Shown here: in pieces, positions 17,989 through 28,546 of the stretch
How positions within the stretch are numbered: the stretch's first letter is position 1
How the letters are laid out: each line of letters opens with the position of its first letter
Source of the DNA: Alphaproteobacteria bacterium
GTDB taxonomy: Bacteria; Pseudomonadota; Alphaproteobacteria; MPNO01
Assembly (NCBI GenBank): GCA_965248835.1
Contig: CBDFLJ010000002.1
Span: 2,432,001 to 2,496,000 of the forward strand
Direction: 5' to 3'
Length of the DNA stretch: 64,000 bases
The notes under the pieces: model-generated
Databases searched by the model: none
Seen by the model: only the letters and a program-made list of their open reading frames with translations
Told to the model about the DNA's origin: nothing
Program-made: the position numbers and the translations under genes

Positions 17989-19329
17989 ATGGATCCGACT
18001 TTTCTCGGCATCCTGGGTTTCGTTCTGATTCTCGCCCTGATGAGCCAGCGCGTGCCCGTCGCGCTGGCAATGATCATCGTCGGCTTCGCCGGCCTGGTCG
18101 TAATCAACAGTTGGGCGGCGGCGCTGGCGACGCTGGTGACCGAGACCTGGAGCACGGCGATCTTCTACGAGCTCACCGTGATCCCGTTCTTCGTCCTGAT
18201 GGGCAATGTCGCCTCGATGTGCGGCATGAGCCGGGACCTCTACAACGCCGCCAACGCCTGGGTTGGCTGGATGCGGGGCGGCCTTGCGCACTCGACCGTG
18301 CTTGGCTGCACCGGCTTCGCGGCGCTGTCGGGCTCCTCGGTCGCCTCGGCGCTGACCATCGGCCGGGTCGCGATGCCCGAGATGAGCCGCTTCGGCTACG
18401 ACCGCAGGCTGGCGGCCGGCGCGGTCGCGGCCGGCGGCACGCTCGGCATCCTCATACCGCCTTCGACCGGGTTCGTGATCTACGCCATCCTGACCGAGGA
18501 ATCGATCGGCCGGCTGTTCCTGGCCGGCGTCATCCCCGGCATCATCCTGGCCGGCTTTTTTCTTTTCACCATCTTCATCCAGACCACGATCCGGCCGCAG
18601 CTCGGCCCCGCGGCGCGGCGCTACGACTGGCGCGAAAAGCGCGCTGCGCTGCTGCGCGGCTTCTCGATCATCTTCATCATCGTCGTCTCGATCGGCGGCA
18701 TCTATGGCGGCGTGTTCACCCCGGTGGAGGCGGCCGCGGTGGGCGCGGTGCTGGCGATGGCCTTCGCGGCCGCCCGGCGCCGGTTCACGCCGAGGCTGGT
18801 CGCCGATGCGCTGCTGAACACCGTCTCGACGACGGTGATGATCTATTTCATCATCATCGGGGCCGCGATCTTCTCGCCGTTCCTGGCGCTCACCCAGATC
18901 CCGGAGAACCTCGCCGGCGCGCTCAAGGGGCTCGACCTCGGCCCGGTGACCCTGCTGGTGATCGTGCTCGCGACCTTCATCGCGCTGGGAACGTTCCTCG
19001 ACGGGTTCGCGATGATGGTGCTGATCCTGCCGATCGTGCTGCCGATCATCGAGCAGTCACAGATCCCGGCCTTCCTCGCGCTGGACCCCGAGTCCAGCGA
19101 CCTGCGGATCTGGTTCGGCGTGGTCATGGTGGTGATCCTGGAGATGGCGCTGATCAGCCCACCGGTCGGCATGAACGTCTTCGTCGTCAAGAGTGTGGCC
19201 CGCGACGTCTCGATGCGCGACATCTATGTCGGGATCCTGCCGTTCTGGGCGGCGATGATGGCCTGCCTTGTGATCCTGGTCGCCTTCCCCGAGCTGTCGC
19301 TGATCCTACCCAACACCATGCTCAACTGA
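17989..19329 (+). CDS. dctM: TRAP large permease
   Basis: IPFFVLMG, SGSSVA, GGTLGILIPPS and ISPPVGMN motifs. Confidence 0.93.
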   Translation: MDPTFLGILGFVLILALMSQRVPVALAMIIVGFAGLVVINSWAAALATLVTETWSTAIFYELTVIPFFVLMGNVASMCGMSRDLYNAANAWVGWMRGGLAHSTVLGCTGFAALSGSSVASALTIGRVAMPEMSRFGYDRRLAAGAVAAGGTLGILIPPSTGFVIYAILTEESIGRLFLAGVIPGIILAGFFLFTIFIQTTIRPQLGPAARRYDWREKRAALLRGFSIIFIIVVSIGGIYGGVFTPVEAAAVGAVLAMAFAAARRRFTPRLVADALLNTVSTTVMIYFIIIGAAIFSPFLALTQIPENLAGALKGLDLGPVTLLVIVLATFIALGTFLDGFAMMVLILPIVLPIIEQSQIPAFLALDPESSDLRIWFGVVMVVILEMALISPPVGMNVFVVKSVARDVSMRDIYVGILPFWAAMMACLVILVAFPELSLILPNTMLN

Positions 19330-21705
19330 TCCGCCCGCCGCGATCGCCCGCCAGATGCGCTCCGCCGTCAGCGGCATGGCGATGTCGGTGACGCCGTGCT
19401 CAGACAGCGCATCGAGCGTGGCCGCAACCAGGGCGGCCGGCGCCCCGATGGTGCCCGATTCGCCGCAGCCCTTGGCACCGAGCGGGTTGTGGGTGCAGGG
19501 CTGGGACTCCTCGACCTCCGAATGGAAGGACGGCAGGTCGTCCGCCCGCGGGATCGCATAGTCCATCAAGGAGCCCGAAAGAAGCTGGCCGCTGGCGGGA
19601 TCGTAGACCACATGCTCAAGCATCGCCTGGCCGAGGCCCTGGGCGAGCCCGCCATGGATCTGGCCCTCGACGATCATCGGATTGACCACCGTGCCGACGT
19701 CATCGACCACCCAGTAGGCGGCGATCGCAAGGGCGCCGGTGTCCGGGTCGATCTCGACCTCGGCAACATGGGCGCCGTTGGAAAAAGCGAAATTCTTGGG
19801 GTCGTAGAACGCGGTCTCGGTGAGGCCCGGCTCCAGGGTTTCGTGCGGGTAGTCGTGGGGGACATGCGCCCGCTCGGCAACCGCGGCGAACGGCACCGAG
19901 CGGTCGGTGCCGGCAATGGTGAATTCGCCGTCGGCAAAGGCGATATCGTCCTCGGAGGCCTCCAGCATGTGGGCGGCGATGCGCCTGCCCTTCTCGATCA
20001 CCTTGTCGGCGGCGTGGCACAGCGCCGAGCCGCCGACCGCGAGCGAACGCGAGCCGAAGGTGCCGGTGCCGAACTGGACCAGAGCCGTATCCCCTTCGAC
20101 GATCTCGATCTTGTCCAGCCCGATTCCGAAACGTTCCGACAGAACCTGGGCAAAGGTCGTCGCGTGGCCCTGGCCGTGGTTGTGGGTGCCGAGCAACGCC
20201 CGCAGGCTTCCCTGGCGGTCGACGCGGAGCTCGGCGGATTCGAACATCGCCAGCCGTCCGCCGAAGGCGCCGAGCAGCCGCGAGGGCGCAACGCCCGAGG
20301 ACTCGACATAGTTGGCGATGCCGATGCCGCGCAGCCGGCCGCGTGCCTTCGCCTCGGCCCGGCGCCGGGCGAAACCGTCATAATCGGACGCCGCGAGGAC
20401 ACGGCCCATGACGCGTGGAAAATCGCCGCAATCATAAGTCGGCCCGATCGGGGTCGCATAGGGCATGGCGGAAGCGGGGATAAGGTTGCGGCGGCGGATC
20501 TCGGCACGGTCGAGCCCGGTGGCCGAAGCGGCTTTGTCGGCCAGCCGCTCCAGCACGTAGCAGGCCTCGGGCCGCCCGGCCCCGCGATAGGCATCCGTCG
20601 GCGTGGTGTTGGTGAAGACCCCGGTGACCTGGACGTGGATCGCCGGCGTCTTGTAGACGCCGGCCAGCAGCGCCGTATAGATCGCGCTCGGGATGCCCGC
20701 ACCGACGGTCGAGTTGTAGGCACCGAGATCGGCGTGGGTCGCGACCCGCAGGCCGAGGAAAATCCCCTGACGGTCGATCGCGAGGCGGGCCGTCGTGCGG
20801 TGGTCGCGCGCCTGCAAATCGCAGGCGAACGCCTCGCTGCGGTCGGCGGTCCAGCGGACCGCACGGCCGAGGCGCCGTGCCACCCAGGCGAGGATGGTCT
20901 CCTCGGGGTAGTGCTTGCCCTTGTAGCCGAACCCGCCGCCGACATCGGGCGCGACCACCCGGACCCGCGCCTCGTCGATCCCGAGCTGGCCGGCGACCGA
21001 GCGCCGGATCATGTGCACCACCTGGGTGCTGTCATACAGCGTAATCGCGTCCTCGATCGGGTCGTAGAGGGCCGCTATCGCGCGCGGCTCGATCGCCGTT
21101 CCGATCAGCCGGTTGTTGTAGATCTCGACCTCGAGCACATGGGCGGCCGCGGCGATCGCGGCATCGACCGCGTCCGGATCGCCGCGTTCCCAGATGAAGC
21201 AGATATTGCCCGGCGCCTCGTCGTGGAGGATCGGCGCGCCTTCGGCCGCGGCGGCGCGCGAGCCGATAGCGGCCGGCAGCGGGGCATAATCGACCGCCAC
21301 GGCCTCGGCGCCGTCGGCGGCGGCTTCCCGGGTCTCGGCCACGACGACAGCGATCGCCTCGCCGACATGGCGCACCCGGTCGCGGGCCAGCGCCCAGCGC
21401 GGCGGCTCGGCCATCGGCTTGCCGTCTTTGCTGGGGACCGCCCAGAGCGGCGCCATGGGGCCGAGCCCGTCGGCAGCCATGTCGGCCCCGCTGAGGACCG
21501 TCACCACACCGGGCACGGCCAGCGCCGCGCCAGCGTCTACGCCGCGCAGCGCGGCATGGGCATGGACCGAGCGAACAATCCGGCAATGGAGCGCGCCCGG
21601 CACCGCCATATCCGCGACGTAGCGGCCCTGTCCGGTCAGGAACTTGCGGTCTTCCTTGCGCAGGACCGATGCGCCGATCCCCTGATGCTCGCTGGTCATC
21701 GTCAT
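19306..21705 (-). CDS. Xanthine dehydrogenase family molybdopterin-binding subunit (form II CoxL-like)
   Basis: RKED..LTG.G.Y, DVGGGFG, AYRGAGR, GQGH.T and GAKGCGE motifs. Confidence 0.92.
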   Translation of the reverse strand: MTMTSEHQGIGASVLRKEDRKFLTGQGRYVADMAVPGALHCRIVRSVHAHAALRGVDAGAALAVPGVVTVLSGADMAADGLGPMAPLWAVPSKDGKPMAEPPRWALARDRVRHVGEAIAVVVAETREAAADGAEAVAVDYAPLPAAIGSRAAAAEGAPILHDEAPGNICFIWERGDPDAVDAAIAAAAHVLEVEIYNNRLIGTAIEPRAIAALYDPIEDAITLYDSTQVVHMIRRSVAGQLGIDEARVRVVAPDVGGGFGYKGKHYPEETILAWVARRLGRAVRWTADRSEAFACDLQARDHRTTARLAIDRQGIFLGLRVATHADLGAYNSTVGAGIPSAIYTALLAGVYKTPAIHVQVTGVFTNTTPTDAYRGAGRPEACYVLERLADKAASATGLDRAEIRRRNLIPASAMPYATPIGPTYDCGDFPRVMGRVLAASDYDGFARRRAEAKARGRLRGIGIANYVESSGVAPSRLLGAFGGRLAMFESAELRVDRQGSLRALLGTHNHGQGHATTFAQVLSERFGIGLDKIEIVEGDTALVQFGTGTFGSRSLAVGGSALCHAADKVIEKGRRIAAHMLEASEDDIAFADGEFTIAGTDRSVPFAAVAERAHVPHDYPHETLEPGLTETAFYDPKNFAFSNGAHVAEVEIDPDTGALAIAAYWVVDDVGTVVNPMIVEGQIHGGLAQGLGQAMLEHVVYDPASGQLLSGSLMDYAIPRADDLPSFHSEVEESQPCTHNPLGAKGCGESGTIGAPAALVAATLDALSEHGVTDIAMPLTAERIWRAIAAGGSVEHGVG

Positions 21706-21798
21706 CACACCTCGGGAGGCTGGTTTGCGGCCAACAGTGCGCGGATCGGCGCGCGGTGTCGAGCGGGCCGGCCCGACTCCTGTCAAGCGGGCAATGCG

Positions 21799-22185
21799 TT
21801 AGTCGCCGCCGACCAGCGGCGGGAGGCCGCCTTCGAGCATGGGGCCCAGCGCACGGCCGCCGAAGATGTGGAAGTGGAGGTGCGGGACGTCCTGGTGCGA
21901 CCGCCTGCCGTGATTGGTGAGCACCCGGTAGCCGTCGGCGACCAGGTCGAGCGCCTCGGCGACCTTGCCGATCGCGCGCACCAGCCCGGCCTGCTCGGCC
22001 TCGGACGCCTTGGCCGAGAAATCGGCCATCGAGGCATATTGCCCTTTGGGAACCACCAGGGCATGGACCGGCGCCTGAGGCGCGATGTCGTGGAAGGCCA
22101 GCGCGTGGTCGTCTTCGTAGATCTTCCTGCACGGCACCTCGCCGCGCAGGATCTTCGCGAACACGTTCGAGTCGTCGTAGGTCAT
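21799..22185 (-). CDS. hinT: Histidine triad nucleotide-binding protein
   Basis: NVFAKILRGE and VPHLHFH triad. Confidence 0.92.
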   Translation of the reverse strand: MTYDDSNVFAKILRGEVPCRKIYEDDHALAFHDIAPQAPVHALVVPKGQYASMADFSAKASEAEQAGLVRAIGKVAEALDLVADGYRVLTNHGRRSHQDVPHLHFHIFGGRALGPMLEGGLPPLVGGD

Positions 22186-22187
22186 CG

Positions 22188-22523
22188 TCAGTCCCCGCTG
22201 CGCCGGCGCTTCTCGTCGTGGCCGGAAATACCCTCGCGCCGGGCAAGCTCGGCCCAGACGTCCTGCGGCCTTACCCCGGCCGCGGCCCAGCTCACCAGGA
22301 GATGATAGAGCAGGTCGGCGCTTTCGGAGATCAGCCGCCGGTTGACGCCAGTGGTCGCGGCGATCACCGTCTCGACCGCCTCTTCGCCGAGCTTCTGGGC
22401 GATCGCCTCGTTGCCCTTGGCGAGCAGGCTTGCGGTATAGGACGCGTCGGGATCGCCGCCGCGGCGGCTTTCGATCACGCGATAGAGCCGTTCCAGGACG
22501 GCGCTGTCCTCACCCTCTTCCAT
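22188..22523 (-). CDS. hisE: Phosphoribosyl-ATP diphosphatase
   Basis: SYTA.LL, KLGEEAVE and ESADLLYH motifs. Confidence 0.95.
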   Translation of the reverse strand: MEEGEDSAVLERLYRVIESRRGGDPDASYTASLLAKGNEAIAQKLGEEAVETVIAATTGVNRRLISESADLLYHLLVSWAAAGVRPQDVWAELARREGISGHDEKRRRSGD

Positions 22524-22557
22524 GGCATTGCCGCCTTAGCAGATACGCCGGGCGCTG

Positions 22558-23316
22558 TCACGGCCGGACCGCGACGCCGCCGGCCCGCATATGCGCCTTC
22601 GCGGCGGCGATGGTGAACTCCCCGAAATGGAAGATCGAGGCGGCCAGAACCGCACTCGCACGGCCCTCGCGGATGCCTTCGACGAGGTGGTCGAGCGTGC
22701 CCACCCCGCCCGAGGCAATCACCGGAACCGTGACCGCATCGGCAATCCGCCGGGTCAGCGCGATATCGAAGCCCCGGCGCGTGCCGTCGCGGTTCATCGA
22801 GGTGAGCAGGATCTCGCCCGCTCCGTGCTCGGTCATGCGCCGGGCCCAATCGACGGCGTCGATCCCGGTCGGCCGACGACCGCCATGGGTGAAGATCTCG
22901 AACCGGTCGCCGGCGACCGCCTTGGCATCGATCGCAACGACGATGCATTGAGTGCCGAATTTCTGCGCGGCCTCGCGGACGAACGCGGGCCGGTCGACCG
23001 CGGCGGTGTTGATGGAGACTTTGTCGGCGCCGGCGACGAGAAGCTTCCGGATGTCCTCGATCGTCCGGACGCCGCCGCCGACGGTCAGCGGCATGAAGCA
23101 CTGCTCGGCGGTGCGGCCGACGACATCGAGAAGGGTCGCGCGGTTCTCATGCGAGGCGGTGATGTCGAGGAAGCACAGCTCGTCCGCGCCCTGGCCGTCA
23201 TAGACCTTGGCCTGCTCGACCGGATCGCCGGCATCGACAAGGTCGACGAAGTTGATGCCTTTGACGGTCCGTCCGTCCTTGACGTCCAGGCAGGGGATCA
23301 CGCGGGCCTTGAGCAT
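22558..23316 (-). CDS. hisF: Imidazole glycerol phosphate synthase cyclase subunit
   Basis: [21 protein letters not shown] and VLAASIFH motifs. Confidence 0.97.
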   Translation of the reverse strand: MLKARVIPCLDVKDGRTVKGINFVDLVDAGDPVEQAKVYDGQGADELCFLDITASHENRATLLDVVGRTAEQCFMPLTVGGGVRTIEDIRKLLVAGADKVSINTAAVDRPAFVREAAQKFGTQCIVVAIDAKAVAGDRFEIFTHGGRRPTGIDAVDWARRMTEHGAGEILLTSMNRDGTRRGFDIALTRRIADAVTVPVIASGGVGTLDHLVEGIREGRASAVLAASIFHFGEFTIAAAKAHMRAGGVAVRP

Positions 23317-23318
23317 GC

Positions 23319-24044
23319 TCAGCCGGCCAGGACCGACAGCGCCTCGGCCGGGTCGATCCGACCGTCATAGAGCGCCCGGCCGCAGATCACGCCGGTGATC
23401 CCGGCCCGCTCGTTGGCCTTGAGCTCCAGCAGGTCCTGGGTCGAGGACACCCCGCCGGAGGCGATCACCGGTGTGGTCAGGGCGAATGCGATGTCGACGG
23501 TCGCTTCGACATTCAGCCCGCCCAGCGCGCCGTCACGGTTGATGTCGGTATAGATGATCGCGGCAAGTCCCGCGTCTTCGAAGCGCAGCGCGAGGTCGAG
23601 CGCGCGCACCTGCGTGGTCTTCGCCCAGCCGTCGGTCGCGACTCGGCCGTTGCGGACATCGATCCCGACCGCAACGCGCCCGGGGTAGCGGGCGCAGGCG
23701 TCCAGGACAAAGTCGGGATCGGCGAGCGCCGAGGTGCCGAGCACCGCCCGTGTCACCCCCGCGCCCAGCCAGTGATCCAGCGTCGGCATGTCGCGGATAC
23801 CGCCGCCGAGCTGAACCGGGATGTCCACCGCCGCGAGGATGCCGGCAACCGCGTCGGTGTTGACCGGCTGGCCTTCGAACGCTCCGTTCAGATCGACCAC
23901 ATGCAGCCATTCGAAGCCCAGGGACCGGAAAACCCGGGCCTGATCGGCGGGGTCGTTGTTGAACACCGTGGCCTCGGTCATCTCGCCGCGCAGCAGGCGG
24001 ACGCACAGACCGTCCTTGATGTCGATCGCCGGGAACAGGATCAC
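23319..24044 (-). CDS. hisA: ProFAR isomerase
   Basis: [21 protein letters not shown] and QLGGGIR motifs; GTG start. Confidence 0.96.
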   Translation of the reverse strand: MILFPAIDIKDGLCVRLLRGEMTEATVFNNDPADQARVFRSLGFEWLHVVDLNGAFEGQPVNTDAVAGILAAVDIPVQLGGGIRDMPTLDHWLGAGVTRAVLGTSALADPDFVLDACARYPGRVAVGIDVRNGRVATDGWAKTTQVRALDLALRFEDAGLAAIIYTDINRDGALGGLNVEATVDIAFALTTPVIASGGVSSTQDLLELKANERAGITGVICGRALYDGRIDPAEALSVLAG

Positions 24045-24262
24045 GGCGCGTCCGGTCCGTCGGCGGGGGTGGGAGCGACGAAATTCGTCGTGATCGATGC
24101 CGCGAAGCCCTGGGCCGCGTTGTGGCGCGGCGGCGGGCCGAGCCAGCCGAAGCCGTCGCCCTCGAGGACGGCGGATTCCGAGGCGTCGCACAGATCCGCC
24201 AGGTCGCGCTCGGAGAACGACCCGGCCGTCTCGACGGTGATCTCCGGTGCGGCGAGCATCAT
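24041..24262 (-). pseudogene. Collapsed GNAT acetyltransferase remnant (73 aa)
   Basis: DLADLCDA...GFGW..PPPR joined directly to HNAAQGFAASITTNFVAP; ATGA overlap with hisH and GTGA overlap with hisA. Confidence 0.7.
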
Positions 24263-24903
24263 GGCTGCCATTCGAGGAAGTCTCTTATGAACCCGAGGCC
24301 GGTCTGCTGGCTCTTCTCCGGATGGAATTGGGTCCCCAGCATATTCTCACGGCCGACGATGGCGGAAATGTGACCGCCATAGTCGGTTTCGGCCAGGACG
24401 ATGTCGGCCTCCTCGGCGAAGAAGGCGAAGCTGTGGACGAAATAGGCGTGCGCGCCGGCGGCGATCCGGCCTGCCACGGGGTGGTCTTTGCGCCGGACCT
24501 CGAGCTCGTTCCAGCCCATGTGCGGCACCTTGAGCCCGTTCGCCCGCGGCGTGATCGCCGCCACCCGTCCGGGCAGCCAGCCGAGCCCGGCATGACTGCC
24601 GTGCTCCTCGCCGGTACTCGCCATGAGTTGCATGCCGACGCAGATGCCGAGGAACGGCACGCCGGCGCCGCGGACCCGGGCTTCGAGCGCCTCGATCATG
24701 CCGCCGAGTGCCGCGAGCCCGGCCATGCAGTCGGCGAAGGCGCCGACCCCGGGCAGCACGATATGGCTCGCGCGGGCAAGGTCTGCCGGATCGGCGGTCA
24801 CCTCGACCCGCACCGGACCCGGCAGGTCGGACGCCGCGCGCTCGAACGCCTTCGCCGCCGAGCGCAGATTGCCCGAGCCGTAATCGATGATCGCAACCCT
24901 CAC
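24259..24903 (-). CDS. hisH: Imidazole glycerol phosphate synthase glutaminase subunit
   Basis: IDYGSGNLRS, LPGVGAF, GICVGMQ and QFHPEKS motifs. Confidence 0.96.
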   Translation of the reverse strand: MRVAIIDYGSGNLRSAAKAFERAASDLPGPVRVEVTADPADLARASHIVLPGVGAFADCMAGLAALGGMIEALEARVRGAGVPFLGICVGMQLMASTGEEHGSHAGLGWLPGRVAAITPRANGLKVPHMGWNELEVRRKDHPVAGRIAAGAHAYFVHSFAFFAEEADIVLAETDYGGHISAIVGRENMLGTQFHPEKSQQTGLGFIRDFLEWQP

Positions 24904-25292
24904 GGCGCACCTGGCCGGTCGTGCTCGAACCATCGCTGGACCGCCCGTTCGGCATCCGGTGCGGCCACGATCGCGGCCAGGTCCATGCCGCGGCGCTCCA
25001 GCGCCCGGCCGCGCCAGTCGTTGGCCGACAGCCCGATATGGGCGGCCAGGCCCAGCACGGCGATGCCGGACGTGACCGCGTCCGCGCCCAAGGCCATGAG
25101 CGCGACATCGAGCCCGGCGATCGCCAGCAGCAGGACCGCCGCCGTCCCCCACAGCCGGTGCCGCAGCGCCCACAGCACAGAGAAAAAGAAGGCCGGCCAG
25201 CACATGCCCTGCCTGACCATAGCGACCGCGCGGTCGCGCTCCACAGAGGACGGATCGACATAGGCGGCATAAAGGCGGATCCGCGCGAACAC
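24900..25292 (-). CDS. DUF2628-like membrane protein
   Basis: G..WPAFFF..LWAL.HRLW motif; position between hisB and hisH. Confidence 0.8.
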   Translation of the reverse strand: MFARIRLYAAYVDPSSVERDRAVAMVRQGMCWPAFFFSVLWALRHRLWGTAAVLLLAIAGLDVALMALGADAVTSGIAVLGLAAHIGLSANDWRGRALERRGMDLAAIVAAPDAERAVQRWFEHDRPGAP

Positions 25293-25310
25293 GGCCGGTC
25301 TCCGGGCGGT

Positions 25311-25919
25311 TCAGGACGCAGCGTCGGCGCCGCCGATCGTTCCCTTGGTCGACGGGATGTCGGCGGCCGCCCTGGCATCGATCGTGGTCGCCGCCCGCAA
25401 GGCGCGCGCCAGCCCCTTGAAGCAGGATTCCACGATGTGATGGTTGTTCTCGCCATAGAGCGTCTCGACGTGGAGAGTCGCGCCGCTCGACTGGGCGAAG
25501 GCCTGGAACCACTCCTTGAACAGCTCGGTGTCCATCTCGCCCAGCTTGGGACGCGAGAACGCGACCCGCCAGATCAGATAGGGCCGCCCGGAGATGTCCA
25601 GCGCGACGCGAGAGAGCGTCTCGTCCATCGGGATCATCGCCGAGCCGTAGCGGGTGATGCCGCGTCGATCGCCCAGCGCCTGGGCAACGGCCGCGCCGAT
25701 CGCGAGCCCGGTGTCCTCGGTGGTGTGGTGAAAGTCGATATGCAGGTCGCCCAGCGCACGAACGCGCAGGTCGATCAGGCTGTGCCGGGAGAGCTGCTCC
25801 AGCATGTGATCGAGGAACCCGATGCCGGTGGAAACGTCATAGCTGCCACTCCCGTCGAGATCGAGGCCCACCTCGATACGGGTTTCGCGCGTGTGGCGCG
25901 TGATGGTCGCGCTGCGCAT
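25311..25919 (-). CDS. hisB: Imidazoleglycerol-phosphate dehydratase
   Basis: [17 protein letters not shown] and NNHHIVES motifs. Confidence 0.97.
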   Translation of the reverse strand: MRSATITRHTRETRIEVGLDLDGSGSYDVSTGIGFLDHMLEQLSRHSLIDLRVRALGDLHIDFHHTTEDTGLAIGAAVAQALGDRRGITRYGSAMIPMDETLSRVALDISGRPYLIWRVAFSRPKLGEMDTELFKEWFQAFAQSSGATLHVETLYGENNHHIVESCFKGLARALRAATTIDARAAADIPSTKGTIGGADAAS

Positions 25920-26009
25920 TGGGGTCGCTCCTGCAGGAATCGGCGGTCTTTTAGCAGAGCGCGCATGCGAACGCCATATGCGCCGCGGCGGGCACCGGCA
26001 GCGCCTGCA

Positions 26010-26037
26010 CTTGACGCGCGGTCCGCAAAACCCACAT
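26010..26037 (+). promoter_or_regulatory. RpoH (sigma32) promoter of hslVU
   Basis: CTTG-N17-CCCACAT upstream of heat-shock protease genes. Confidence 0.6.
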
Positions 26038-26091
26038 TTTCAATCTGGAAGTCAAGGTTCGTATTCGGGAGAGCGGCGTCGGCCGCGGGCG

Positions 26092-26640
26092 ATGTCGTCA
26101 TCGGATTCCCACGCATTCCACGGCACGACGATCTTGTCCGTCCGCAAGGACGGCAAGGTGATCGTCGCCGGGGACGGGCAGGTGAGCTTCGGCAACACGG
26201 TCATGAAGGCCAATGCCCGCAAGGTGCGCCGCCTCGGCGACGGTTCGGTGATCGGCGGGTTCGCCGGCGCGACGGCCGACGCGTTCACCCTGTTCGAACG
26301 GCTCGAGACCAAGCTTGAGCAGCATCCGGGCCAGCTCATGCGGGCCTGCGTGGAGCTCGCCAAGGACTGGCGGACCGACCGGTATCTGCGCCGGCTCGAG
26401 GCGATGATGGCGGTGGCCGACCGCGACATCTCGCTGATCCTGTCAGGGACCGGCGACGTGCTCGAGCCCGAGGACGGGCTGATCGGCATCGGCTCCGGCG
26501 GCGTTTACGCGCTGGCCGCAGCGCGTGCTTTGGCCGACGTCGCGGACATGGACGCCGAGGCAATCGCACGCAAGGCCATGGGGGTCGCCGCCGATATCTG
26601 CATCTACACCAATCACAATGTCATCATTGAAGGCATCTGA
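26092..26640 (+). CDS. hslV: ATP-dependent protease peptidase subunit
   Basis: [27 protein letters not shown] and GSGG motifs. Confidence 0.97.
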   Translation: MSSSDSHAFHGTTILSVRKDGKVIVAGDGQVSFGNTVMKANARKVRRLGDGSVIGGFAGATADAFTLFERLETKLEQHPGQLMRACVELAKDWRTDRYLRRLEAMMAVADRDISLILSGTGDVLEPEDGLIGIGSGGVYALAAARALADVADMDAEAIARKAMGVAADICIYTNHNVIIEGI

Positions 26641-26646
26641 GCGGCT

Positions 26647-27954
26647 TTGACCAATTTCAGTCCCAGAGAGATCGTCTCCGAACTCGACCGCTACATCGTC
26701 GGCCAGGACGCCGCCAAGCGGGCAGTCGCCATTGCGCTTCGCAACCGCTGGCGGCGCCAGAAACTGTCCGGTGACCTGCGCGAGGAGGTCCTGCCCAAGA
26801 ACATCCTGATGATCGGGCCGACCGGCGTCGGCAAGACCGAGATCGCCCGGCGACTCGCCCGCCTCGCCCAGGCGCCCTTCCTGAAGGTCGAGGCGACCAA
26901 GTTTACCGAGGTCGGCTATGTCGGGCGCGACGTCGAGCAGATCGTCCGCGACCTGGTCGAGATCGCCATCCTGATGGTCCGCACCCGGCTGCGCAAGGAG
27001 GTCAAAGCCAAGGCCGAGGTCGCCGCGGAGGAGCGCGTGCTCGACGCCCTGGTCGGCGAAAGCGCCAGCGCGGATACGCGCCAGAAATTCCGCCGGATGT
27101 TGCGCGAGGGCCAGCTCGACGACAAGGAGATCGAGGTCGAGGTCAGCGACGGCGGCTCATCGCTGCCGACCTTCGACATCCCCGGCATGCCGGGCGCGCA
27201 GATGGGCATGGTCAATCTGGGCGACATGCTAGGCAAGGCCTTCGGCGGCCGCACCAAGTCGCGCCGGATGACGGTGGGCGAATCCCACACCATCCTGGTC
27301 GAGGAAGAGGCCGACAAGCTGCTCGACGAAGACGCCGTTGTGCGCGAGGCGATCGACTCGGTCGAGCAGAACGGGATCGTCTTCCTCGATGAGATCGACA
27401 AGATCTGCGCCCGCTCGGACCGCTACGGCGCCGACGTCAGCCGCGAAGGCGTGCAGCGCGACCTGCTGCCGCTGATCGAGGGCACGACGGTCGCGACCAA
27501 GCACGGCGCGGTGAAGACCGACCACGTGCTGTTCATCGCCTCGGGCGCCTTCCATCTCGCCAAGCCCTCGGACCTGCTGCCCGAGCTCCAGGGCCGCCTG
27601 CCGATCCGGGTCGAGCTCAAGGCGCTTACCGAGGACGACTTCCGCCGCATCCTGACCGAGCCAGAGACCAGCCTGATCCGCCAATATATCGCGCTGATGG
27701 GGACCGAGGACGTCTCGCTCGAGTTCAACGACGAGGCGATCACCGAGATCGCCCATGTCGCGGCCGAGGTAAACCGCTCGGTCGAGAATATCGGTGCCCG
27801 CCGGCTACAGACCGTCATGGAGCGGCTGCTGGACGATATCAGCTTCACTGCCACCGACCGGGCCGGCGACACGGTGACGATCGATGCCGAGTATGTGCGC
27901 GTCAACGTCGCCGACCTCGCCAAGGACGCGGATCTGTCGAAGTACATCCTGTAG
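26647..27954 (+). CDS. hslU: ATP-dependent protease ATPase subunit
   Basis: [20 protein letters not shown] and ENIGARRL motifs; TTG start. Confidence 0.97.
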   Translation: MTNFSPREIVSELDRYIVGQDAAKRAVAIALRNRWRRQKLSGDLREEVLPKNILMIGPTGVGKTEIARRLARLAQAPFLKVEATKFTEVGYVGRDVEQIVRDLVEIAILMVRTRLRKEVKAKAEVAAEERVLDALVGESASADTRQKFRRMLREGQLDDKEIEVEVSDGGSSLPTFDIPGMPGAQMGMVNLGDMLGKAFGGRTKSRRMTVGESHTILVEEEADKLLDEDAVVREAIDSVEQNGIVFLDEIDKICARSDRYGADVSREGVQRDLLPLIEGTTVATKHGAVKTDHVLFIASGAFHLAKPSDLLPELQGRLPIRVELKALTEDDFRRILTEPETSLIRQYIALMGTEDVSLEFNDEAITEIAHVAAEVNRSVENIGARRLQTVMERLLDDISFTATDRAGDTVTIDAEYVRVNVADLAKDADLSKYIL

Positions 27955-28000
27955 TCCACGTTCGACGGCTTGGCGCGCCGAAGACGTTCTCGGCCTCGGT

Positions 28001-28546
28001 TCAGAGGAAGACGGTCAGGTTCTTGGCGAGCAGGACCGACTGGTCGAGGATGATTTTTCGCCGGGCGATCATCAGCGCGCCGCCGATCCGGCGCAATTCG
28101 TCCGCGCGGCGGCCGACAAGGTAATCGGTCTCGGTCTCGAGGCGGTTGCGGTGGACCAGGAAACGGCAGGTCACCGTGGCCGCTTCACCCTCGGGCAGGG
28201 CGTCGACGGGCTCGACAAGGCGGATGTTGGTGATCAGGTGCGAGACCCGCGAGGGCGGCTCCTCGGCCCAATGGATGCCGGTCATGATCTGGCGGACACG
28301 CTTTTCGAGCGTCGTCTTGTCGTCATGGAACCAGGCGACATCGTCCTCGCCGGTGATGTCGTGTTCGCGCTCGGACCAGGGGAGGTTCTTGCGCAGCGGC
28401 GCCCAGTAGACGATGTCCTCGGTGAACAGATCGAGCCATTCCACGTAGCGGCGCTGGTCCAGCAGGTCGGCCTCGCGGTAGAGCAGGTCCTCGATCTCGC
28501 GCATCAGGCTCAGATAGGAAAGCCGCGCAGGGCCGGGGTCAGCCAT
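28001..28546 (-). CDS. Aromatic ring-hydroxylating dioxygenase beta subunit
   Basis: LYREADLLD, WAEEPPSR, GRR.D and LLAKNL motifs. Confidence 0.92.
   Translation of the reverse strand: MADPGPARLSYLSLMREIEDLLYREADLLDQRRYVEWLDLFTEDIVYWAPLRKNLPWSEREHDITGEDDVAWFHDDKTTLEKRVRQIMTGIHWAEEPPSRVSHLITNIRLVEPVDALPEGEAATVTCRFLVHRNRLETETDYLVGRRADELRRIGGALMIARRKIILDQSVLLAKNLTVFL

Noticed and set aside
19396-22305. Very long antisense or alternate-frame ORFs (969 aa here; also 26-2476, 49305-51293, 38363-40201)
   Set aside because: Shadow ORFs typical of high-GC DNA; no recognisable family motifs and overlapping clear genes
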